From the NCBI GenBank assembly GCA_048230835.1, contig DBFALE010000009.1, positions 10,305-74,304 of the forward strand: 64,000 nt of DNA. Direction: 5' to 3'. Below are positions 57,057-64,000 of the stretch, piece after piece. The position numbers and the translations under genes were made by a program. Position 1 is the stretch's first letter, and each line of letters starts with the position of its first letter. The notes under the pieces are model-generated. The model did not search any database and was not told the origin of the DNA. It saw only the letters and a list, made by a program, of their open reading frames with translations. The stretch is from Collinsella sp. GTDB taxonomy: Bacteria > Actinomycetota > Coriobacteriia > Coriobacteriales > Coriobacteriaceae.

Positions 57057-59358
57057 GCAGACCAGCTCCCTTCAGAGCATCGGTAAGTGCAGCGCGCGTG
57101 TCGTCTGCCATGGGGCATAGAGGCATGTGGTAGTTTGCCTCGATCATACCCATCTGAGCAAGCGCTTCCTTGACGGGGATGGGGTTGACCTCGCTAAAGA
57201 GGGCATTGATGAGCGGCTGACCGGCAATCTGGATATCGCGGGCGCGCTCCACGTCGCCGTCCAGATAGGCGCGGCACATGTCGTGCACGAGCTGCGGCTG
57301 AACATCGGCCCACACGCTGATGGTGCCCGAGGCGCCTAGGCTCATGAGCGGCACGGTAAGCGCGTCCTCGCCCGAGTACATGCGGAAGTCATCGGATAGC
57401 AGGTGGGCGATCTTGGCCGCGTAGGCGACGTTGCCCGAGGCCTCCTTGATGCCCATGATGTTGGGGTGCGCGGCCAAGCGCTCTACGTTGCGCTCGCTGA
57501 TGCCGCAGCCACAGCGGCCAGGGATGTTGTACAGAATGCAGGGGATGTCCACGGCGTCGGCGACGGTCTTAAAGTGCTGATAGATACCCTCTTCGTTAGA
57601 CTTGTTGTAGTAGGGGGTAATGAGCAGCAGACCATCGGCGCCCAAGCCCTGGTAGGTGAGCGACTTGGTGAGCATGGTCTGCGTGGAGTTGGAGCCCGAG
57701 CCGGCGATGACGGGGACACGTCCTGCAACATGCTTGACCACGGCGGCGACGACGGAGTTGTCCTCGTCATCGGTCATCGTGGCACTCTCGCCGGTGGTGC
57801 CCAGGGTGAGGATGGCGTCGGTGCCGTTTTGCAGGTGGAAATCGATAAGGCGCTCGAGCGCGTCAAAGTCGACGCTGCCGTCCTTTTTAAACGGCGTAAC
57901 CAGGGCGACGATTGAGCCCTCGAGATTGCGGATGTCCATGTTCTTCTCCTTCGCCTCCGCGATCTGGATGCGTTTGTTCCATTGAGCTGCGACTGCTAGG
58001 CGCTCGTCTTGGGCGCGACGGCGGGCACCTTCGGCGCGCGACTTGGCCAGCAGCTCTCGGCCGCACGGCAGCACGTCGAGCGTGGCAAAGTAATCGCCCG
58101 GGCGCTCGGCGCGGCGGATAAGGTCGGCCGAGCCGTCGGGGCGCAGCAGCACCTCGGCGGAGCGCAGACGGCCGTTGTAGTTGTAGCCCATGGAGTAGCC
58201 ATGCGCACCGGTATCATGGATTACAAGCAGGTCACCCATGTCGATATGCGGCAGCTCGCGATCGATAGCGAACTTGTCGTTGTTCTCGCACAGATTGCCC
58301 GTGATGTCATAGGTGTTCGTGACGGGCGCTGTGGCCTTGTCGGCGCCGCCCGGCTGACCCATCACCGTGATGTGGTGGTAAGCGCCATACATGGCGGGAC
58401 GAATGAGGTCGACGGCACTGGCGTCCACGCCGATATAGTCCTTGTAGATCTGCTTCTCGTGGATAGCCTTGGTGACCAGGCAGCCGTAGGGGCCCATCAT
58501 AAAGCGGCCCATCTCAGTGCAGATGGCCACATCGCCCATGCCGGCGGGAACCAGGATCTCGTCGTATGCCGCGTGTACTCCCTCGCCGATGGCGCGAATG
58601 TCGTTGGCCTGCTGCTCGAGCAGGTAGGGGATGCCGACGCCGCCGGACAGATTGATGAAGGCGACGTGTGCGCCGGTCTCGCGCTCCAGGCGTACGGCAA
58701 GCTCAAAGAGGATGCGTGCGAGCTTGGGATAGTAGTCGTTAGTGACGGTGTTACTGGCAAGGAAGGCATGGATGCCAAAATTCTCGGCGCCCTTGGCCTT
58801 GAGCATGCGGAAGGCCTCAAAGAGCTGCTCGGTGGTCATGCCATATTTGGAGTCGCCCGGGTTGTCCATGATGCCGTTGGAGAGCTGGAACAGGCCGCCT
58901 GGATTAAAGCGGCAGCTGACCGTCTTGGGGATGGGCCCCGCAACACGCTCAAAGAACTCGATGTGGCTGATGTCGTCAAAGTTGACGATGGCACCCAGCT
59001 TGTTGGCGAGCTCAAAGTCGGCAGCCGGCGTGTCGTTGGAAGAGAACATGATGTCGTGTCCCGTGATGCCCAGCGAGCGGGCGATCATGAGCTCGGTATA
59101 GCTCGAGCAATCGCAGCCGCAGCCGTATTCGTTGAGAATGGAGATGAGCGCCGGGTTGGGGTTGGCCTTGACGGCAAAGTATTCCTTAAAGCCCGGGTTC
59201 CATGCAAAGGCGTCGCGCACTTCTTGCATGTTGCGGCGGATGCCCGCCTCGTCGTATAGATGAAACGGCGTGGGGAACTGCTCGACGATATGCTCGAGTG
59301 TCTCCTTGTCCACAAACGGCTGCTTGGCCGCATATGCCTCGTTGGGGGTCAATGCCAT
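57049..59358 (-). CDS. lysA-dapA: diaminopimelate decarboxylase-dihydrodipicolinate synthase fusion (LysA-DapA)
   Basis: FAVKAN, SKYG, GNLCENND (LysA), then VTPF, GTTGE, YNIPGR, IKEASG, NPIPVK (DapA, from 57939) in one frame. Confidence 0.92.
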   Translation of the reverse strand: MALTPNEAYAAKQPFVDKETLEHIVEQFPTPFHLYDEAGIRRNMQEVRDAFAWNPGFKEYFAVKANPNPALISILNEYGCGCDCSSYTELMIARSLGITGHDIMFSSNDTPAADFELANKLGAIVNFDDISHIEFFERVAGPIPKTVSCRFNPGGLFQLSNGIMDNPGDSKYGMTTEQLFEAFRMLKAKGAENFGIHAFLASNTVTNDYYPKLARILFELAVRLERETGAHVAFINLSGGVGIPYLLEQQANDIRAIGEGVHAAYDEILVPAGMGDVAICTEMGRFMMGPYGCLVTKAIHEKQIYKDYIGVDASAVDLIRPAMYGAYHHITVMGQPGGADKATAPVTNTYDITGNLCENNDKFAIDRELPHIDMGDLLVIHDTGAHGYSMGYNYNGRLRSAEVLLRPDGSADLIRRAERPGDYFATLDVLPCGRELLAKSRAEGARRRAQDERLAVAAQWNKRIQIAEAKEKNMDIRNLEGSIVALVTPFKKDGSVDFDALERLIDFHLQNGTDAILTLGTTGESATMTDDEDNSVVAAVVKHVAGRVPVIAGSGSNSTQTMLTKSLTYQGLGADGLLLITPYYNKSNEEGIYQHFKTVADAVDIPCILYNIPGRCGCGISERNVERLAAHPNIMGIKEASGNVAYAAKIAHLLSDDFRMYSGEDALTVPLMSLGASGTISVWADVQPQLVHDMCRAYLDGDVERARDIQIAGQPLINALFSEVNPIPVKEALAQMGMIEANYHMPLCPMADDTRAALTDALKGAGLLD

Positions 59359-59429
59359 GTCCCGTAAACCTCGCTATCCAGACGGCGCCATCTGCGCATC
59401 GAATCCGCATAGCGTGGACCCAATGTCCG

Positions 59430-59586
59430 GATAGCGCTCCCGCATTGCTGCAGACAGTCCTGTGGGTGTTTCCCACAGGCCCACCAGGTTGTTCGTGCCC
59501 GAAAAACCCAGTTCGGCGGGTTTCGCCTCCCCACGGGGTCAAAGCCTGCCGGCTCGCCCGCGGCTCTTCGTGCCCGCGCCTCTATC
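59430..59586 (-). promoter_or_regulatory. lysine riboswitch (L-box)
   Basis: GATAG-AGGCGC...AAGAG...GCCGAA...GGACTGTC...GGAGCG-CTATC with P1 closure, upstream of lysA. Confidence 0.88.
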
Positions 59587-59736
59587 AAGTGGTAAAGACC
59601 CTATCACGTTGCACTTTACCAAACAAGAGTATTCGTATATAACGTTTAAAAAATGCAGCAATATGCTGGAAACATGTGTGCCACAATCCTGTATCACAAT
59701 AAGTTGCAACAGATGTGCCTCACGAAGGGATTCTCT

Positions 59737-60924
59737 ATGACCGAGCTCCAAGAACTCCGTCGCTATCGCCGCGATCTCCATCGCATTCCGGAGCTCGATT
59801 TCGAGCTTCCTCAAACCATAGCCTATATAGAGGGCGTGCTCGCCTCGCTTGCCTGTGAAGTGGTCCATCCCTGCCCCAGCTGCGTCTGCGCTTTCTTCGA
59901 CGCTGGCACGGGTGCCGCGCGTGCCACGGCGATTCGCGCCGATATGGATGCGCTGCCCATCGCGGAGGCGACGGGAGCGGCCTTTGCCTCGATCCATCCC
60001 GGCAAGATGCACGCTTGCGGACATGACGGACACATGGCCATGGCACTTGCCGCCGCGACGTATGTCGACCGTACGATTCGCGAGCAGCCGGGCGCCATTA
60101 GGCGCAACGTTCTCTTTGTGTTCCAGCCGGCCGAGGAAACGACCGGTGGTGCCAAGACGGTATGCGAGAGCGGTGTGTTCGAGCGCTATGGGGCTGACCG
60201 CATTTTTGGCTTCCATGTGTGGCCCGATCTGCCTGCCGGCACGTTGGCGAGTTGTTCCGGTCCGCTGCTGGCGCGTTCGAGTGAGACACACATTCATATT
60301 CACGGGACGAGCATCCATATCGCTAAGACCTATGGCGTTCCGGTCGAGGAGTCGCACGATGCGGCGCTGGCGGCTGCCAAGTTCTTGGTTGCCGAGCGCG
60401 AACTGATGGACGAGCTGGGCACCGACGAGCCCTGTATCGGTAAGTTTGGTCTGCTGCAGGCCGGTACGGTTTGCAACGCGGTGGCGGGGGAGGCCCATGT
60501 GGCCGGAAGCCTGCGTGTGTTTACGGACGACATGTTCGACCGGGCGCGCGAAGGCGTGCGCCGCGTGCTGGACGATGCCTGTGCCGCAACGGGCTGCACG
60601 TATGATCTCGACTTTGCCGAGGGCTATCCGCCGGTCGACAACGACCCCGAGTTGTTTGCCAGCGTCGCGCCTGCCTTGCCCGGGCTGCAGCTTGTGGAGG
60701 AACCGCTGCTGATCGCCGAGGATTTCGCGTTCTATCAACGCCATCTGCCGGGCGTGTTTTTCCTGCTGGGCACGGGTATGCCAGAGGACCAAGACAACCC
60801 GAGTGATTCGGATGGCTGTCCCGCCTATGCCACAAGCGCTCTGCATACCGATAGCATGCTCTTCGACGAGGAAATCCTACTCAAAGGCCTCGATGTCTAC
60901 AAACGATTGCTTGGCTTGGAGTGA
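59737..60924 (+). CDS. M20 amidohydrolase, likely N-acetyldiaminopimelate deacetylase
   Basis: RRDLHRIPEL, RADMDALP, MHACGHDGH, FQPAEE, AEDF; divergent from dap operon. Confidence 0.85.
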   Translation: MTELQELRRYRRDLHRIPELDFELPQTIAYIEGVLASLACEVVHPCPSCVCAFFDAGTGAARATAIRADMDALPIAEATGAAFASIHPGKMHACGHDGHMAMALAAATYVDRTIREQPGAIRRNVLFVFQPAEETTGGAKTVCESGVFERYGADRIFGFHVWPDLPAGTLASCSGPLLARSSETHIHIHGTSIHIAKTYGVPVEESHDAALAAAKFLVAERELMDELGTDEPCIGKFGLLQAGTVCNAVAGEAHVAGSLRVFTDDMFDRAREGVRRVLDDACAATGCTYDLDFAEGYPPVDNDPELFASVAPALPGLQLVEEPLLIAEDFAFYQRHLPGVFFLLGTGMPEDQDNPSDSDGCPAYATSALHTDSMLFDEEILLKGLDVYKRLLGLE

Positions 60925-61250
60925 CGATGGAACGACGCCGACAGTCTGCCGTTTATAGTCCCGGTGGGTGTGGATGCGGCTTGTTGTTGCTTCCGGTTAT
61001 TGCTGTGAGCATTGGCGTGATGTTTGCGCTTGCCGGGTTGGCAGCAGCGGCACTCGTGTTGCTGATTGTGGCCATTGGCGTGACGGTCTGGCTGTCCCGT
61101 TCTCGCGAGCAACGTCGTGCCGACGGTAAGACCAATGTTGGATGGATTGCCTTTTTGGTCATCGCCTACCCGCTGAGTGTCAGCTACCTGGTGTTCTTTG
61201 TCTTGTTGATGATCAGTGCCTTTACCGGGGAATCCGTCACGGTGGGTTGA
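60921..61250 (+). CDS. hypothetical membrane protein
   Basis: Hydrophobic segments; overlaps upstream stop. Confidence 0.6.
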   Translation: MTMERRRQSAVYSPGGCGCGLLLLPVIAVSIGVMFALAGLAAAALVLLIVAIGVTVWLSRSREQRRADGKTNVGWIAFLVIAYPLSVSYLVFFVLLMISAFTGESVTVG

Positions 61251-61414
61251 TGCACTGCCAGCAGACGGTTGCGCAAAGTGCGTTTGCTCAGCGTTTGGAT
61301 AACTGCATTGGCCGTTTACCGCAACCTTAGCTCTCGGCTAATGAATTCAAGTTCAATCCTTCCTACGATGTGCTGTGTGCCGGCACGGTAGCCGGATCGT
61401 AGGAAGGATGAATA

Positions 61415-61858
61415 ATGGCAAAAGAGGGAAAGAAGCCGATCGGCAAGATTGTCCTAGGCATCATTGTGGTGCTGGTTATTGTCTGTGCCGTGGGCTCTAT
61501 GGGCGGCAACTCAACCGATTCGTCTGCGAGCGATTCGGCAAAACCTGCCGAGACGACACGGCAGGCTGAGGAGCAAAAAGAACCGCAAGAACCGTATACC
61601 ATTGCTGACGAGGCTGAAGACACTTCCAATCAGTTTACCTATAAGATCACGGGCACGCTGACCAATAACACGGATAAGGAAAAGAGCTACATTCAGATTG
61701 AATATGTTCTGTATGATGCCGATGGCAACCAGGTTGGAACGGCTCTTGCAAACACCAATCATCTGAAGGCGGGCGGCTCCTGGAAGTTCGAGGCGCTGGG
61801 TACGGTGTCTCCCGACCAGGTTGCTAGCTGGGAGCGTTCGGACGTAAGCGGTTTCTAG
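61415..61858 (+). CDS. FxLYD-domain membrane-anchored protein
   Basis: N-terminal TM; ITGTLTN..YIQIEYVLYDADGNQVG..WKF. Confidence 0.85.
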   Translation: MAKEGKKPIGKIVLGIIVVLVIVCAVGSMGGNSTDSSASDSAKPAETTRQAEEQKEPQEPYTIADEAEDTSNQFTYKITGTLTNNTDKEKSYIQIEYVLYDADGNQVGTALANTNHLKAGGSWKFEALGTVSPDQVASWERSDVSGF

Positions 61859-61890
61859 CATGTTGCATGCACTGGGGGAGGTGAAGTCGT

Positions 61891-62313
61891 ATGCCCGATA
61901 AAAAGCTGACTGACGAGTTACTCAATGAGCTTCTCGACGCGCCAAACATCGATGGCTATATCAAAGAACACGACTTTGCCACCCCGTCGCTTTCGAACTA
62001 CCTGAAGCAGCTACTGCAGGAAAAGGGCTTGGAGCGCTCGCGCGTGGTTCGTATGGCCGATCTCAATGAGACCTTTGGCTATCAGATCTTTACCGGTGCG
62101 CGTCATCCGAGTCGCAATAAGGTGCTGCAGATTGCCTTTGCGATGGCGCTGACGCTCAAAGAGACCAACCGTGCGCTGACGGCTGCCGGGGTAAGCGTCC
62201 TTAACTGCAAGGACCGCCGCGATGCGATTATCATCTTTTGCATCGATCGCGGGTGCAGCCTCCAAAAGGTCAACGAGGAGCTGTATCGCTTTGGCGAGGA
62301 GACGGTGAGTTAG
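61891..62313 (+). CDS. XRE-like HTH protein
   Basis: YQIFTGARHPSRNKVLQIAFAM..RRDAIIIFCI; GGAGG RBS. Confidence 0.78.
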   Translation: MPDKKLTDELLNELLDAPNIDGYIKEHDFATPSLSNYLKQLLQEKGLERSRVVRMADLNETFGYQIFTGARHPSRNKVLQIAFAMALTLKETNRALTAAGVSVLNCKDRRDAIIIFCIDRGCSLQKVNEELYRFGEETVS

Positions 62314-62411
62314 CGGCTGATATCTGAGCCGGCGGAGCTGCCGAACAACGATGCAAACGAACGGGGCGCAGATGCCATGAGGTGTCTGCGCCCTGCGCTA
62401 TGATGGAGCCT

Positions 62412-63791
62412 ATGGATACTCAGACCCCAACATATTCCGATGACGAGCTGACCGCAGCGCTTGCCGAGCACCTGGCGTCGCTCGATCGCGACGACAGCTA
62501 TCGCGTGGAGCGAGTACTTAAGGGCTCGTCCGTTGAAACAACCGAGCTCGTGTACTTTGAAGGAACCGGCGGTGGTTCGCTCGGTCCCTTTGTCCGTAAA
62601 CGCATCGATGCTTCGGCTCAAATCGGCGGGGCATACGAGCGTCTGTTTGCCGCTCAGCGGGCAGGCAGGCGTTTTGAGCACCTGCCCAGAATCGTCGATT
62701 GTCGTCGTGTGGGCGACGAGCTCAACGTGGTTATGGAATACATCGAAGGGGAGACGCTCGGGGCGCTGGTGGACCGTCTGGGAGCCACCCCCGATTATGC
62801 GCGTGAATTGTATCCTGCCCTATGCGATGCCGTGGGCGAGCTCCACGCCGGTTTTGCAATGGCGGGGGAGACGTCGGCGCCGGTGATCCATCGCGACCTC
62901 AAGCCGTCGAATATCATCGTGACGGGTGCCAACTATACGCCTGATGACGGCCTGACGTTTTCATCGCTGGTGATTATCGACTTGGGGATCGCGCGCGTAT
63001 GGCGCGATGGCGCCGATGCCGATACCGTCAAGTTTGGCACGCGACCCTATGCGCCGCCCGAGCAGTATGGGTTTGGGCAGACGAGTGTGCGCAGCGACGT
63101 CTACGCGCTTGGCGCCCTGTTGTTCTTCTGCTTGACGGGGGTCGACCCTAAACCAGGGCTCGACATGCGCGAGCAATGCGAGGCGCGCGGCATTCCCACT
63201 CCACTTGCCGATGCCGTCTGCATGTCGATGGCGCTCGACCCGGTCAAGCGTTTTGCGAGTGCGGAAGCGTTGAGACGGGCGACGCGCGCGGCATACGATC
63301 TGAGTCGCCCCGTGCGGCCTCCTGCGCCTGCGCCTGTTCGTACTCCGGCCTCGGAGACAGTGTTGGCGTCCCAAGGGCTCCAGAACCCCGCATGGCATCC
63401 TAGGCCTGCCGCCTCCGCTGCATGCGGTCTGCTCTCTCGCGTTCCGGAGTCTCTGGGGCGCATTTGGAATACGCTCGTCTGCTTCTCGCTGCTTGTGTTC
63501 TTTGCCGGAAGTCACTTTGCCGTCTTTCACCCCACCGGAGCAAACCAAAGCTACCCGACGTGGCTTCTCATAATCGAGTATTTTTTCTTTGTCGATGGCC
63601 TTATGGTGCTTATGCATTTTGCGCTGCTCGATAAGCGCCGTCTTCGTCGGCGATTCGCGCTGCTCGACAGCTATCGCGGCAAGAAACTCGCGAAACTCTG
63701 GCTCAAGGCATTGGGTGCGCTGCTCCTATGCATGATCGTCATAGTCGCGGTTGCCAATGCGACCGGCGTCGTCGATACCTCCGCTACCTAA
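62412..63791 (+). CDS. Hanks-type Ser/Thr kinase with C-terminal TM helices
   Basis: HRDLKPSN, DLG, GTRPYAPPEQYG, SDVYALG. Confidence 0.9.
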   Translation: MDTQTPTYSDDELTAALAEHLASLDRDDSYRVERVLKGSSVETTELVYFEGTGGGSLGPFVRKRIDASAQIGGAYERLFAAQRAGRRFEHLPRIVDCRRVGDELNVVMEYIEGETLGALVDRLGATPDYARELYPALCDAVGELHAGFAMAGETSAPVIHRDLKPSNIIVTGANYTPDDGLTFSSLVIIDLGIARVWRDGADADTVKFGTRPYAPPEQYGFGQTSVRSDVYALGALLFFCLTGVDPKPGLDMREQCEARGIPTPLADAVCMSMALDPVKRFASAEALRRATRAAYDLSRPVRPPAPAPVRTPASETVLASQGLQNPAWHPRPAASAACGLLSRVPESLGRIWNTLVCFSLLVFFAGSHFAVFHPTGANQSYPTWLLIIEYFFFVDGLMVLMHFALLDKRRLRRRFALLDSYRGKKLAKLWLKALGALLLCMIVIVAVANATGVVDTSAT

Positions 63792-63795
63792 AAGA

Positions 63796-63818
63796 AAAGG
63801 GCCCCATTGGGGCCCTTT
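63796..63818. terminator. terminator hairpin between convergent genes
   Basis: AAAAGGGCCCCATTGGGGCCCTTT. Confidence 0.75.
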
Positions 63819-63828
63819 GCAGTTGCAC

Positions 63829-63999
63829 TTAGATGCGGTTCATCTGAGCGGCGACTTTGTTGTACCAGTCCTGCCACGTGGGCGGGCAGTACTTTTTGGC
63901 TGCTGCCGGGGTAAGGGTGGAGCCGTAGTTGGCGCCCAGATAGGCAACGTGAGCGGAGATGCCCTCGCTCCAGCTGCCAAAGCTGCGCCAACCGCCGCC
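63829..63999 (-). CDS. partial CDS (C-terminus), glucosaminidase/lysozyme-like cell wall hydrolase
   Basis: ...SFGSWSEGISAHVAYLGANY...KKYCPPTWQDWYNKVAAQMNRI*; runs off the window. Confidence 0.6.
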   Translation of the reverse strand, partial: GGGWRSFGSWSEGISAHVAYLGANYGSTLTPAAAKKYCPPTWQDWYNKVAAQMNRI

Positions 64000-64000
64000 A

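Noticed and set aside
1..64000. CRISPR array, tRNA/rRNA genes, transposase or integrase
   Set aside because: No regularly spaced repeats, cloverleaf or rRNA signatures, or recombinase motifs were seen; the repeats found are dispersed hairpins.

Overview
A ~60% GC chromosomal segment whose gene content and codon style suggest a gut Coriobacteriia bacterium (Collinsella-like; this is inference). It is mostly housekeeping and metabolism: folE/folB, rnhA, LysR-metY, nfo, a polar amino-acid ABC transporter, flavodoxin, an SOS-boxed Y-family polymerase, pgi, a fructoselysine-type (frlBCD) operon, sdpRI, ettA, nadE, ldh, and a lysine-riboswitch-controlled lysA-dapA fusion with dapB/dapH. Two hidden systems stand out. 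(1) An AT-rich ~4.1 kb island (~44.28-48.42 kb) encodes DUF2087, an MFS exporter, a cobalamin-dependent radical SAM enzyme with C-terminal RRE-like domains and an unannotated 36-aa acidic precursor-like peptide ending DKFCH. This is a candidate novel RiPP cluster; the rSAM gene carries a +1 frameshift in a C6 tract. (2) A compact candidate SOS-controlled type I toxin-antitoxin locus (38.11-38.40 kb) has a 28-aa hydrophobic peptide, a LexA box, 5'-3' mRNA pairing and a convergent antisense RNA with its own promoter and terminator. Several structured intergenic repeat families with compensatory changes, a MITE-like element, a Cys/Met leader peptide before metY and a nonsense-truncated frl regulator were also found. 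No rRNA, tRNA, CRISPR array or transposase was seen. All calls come from reading the sequence; no database searches were run.
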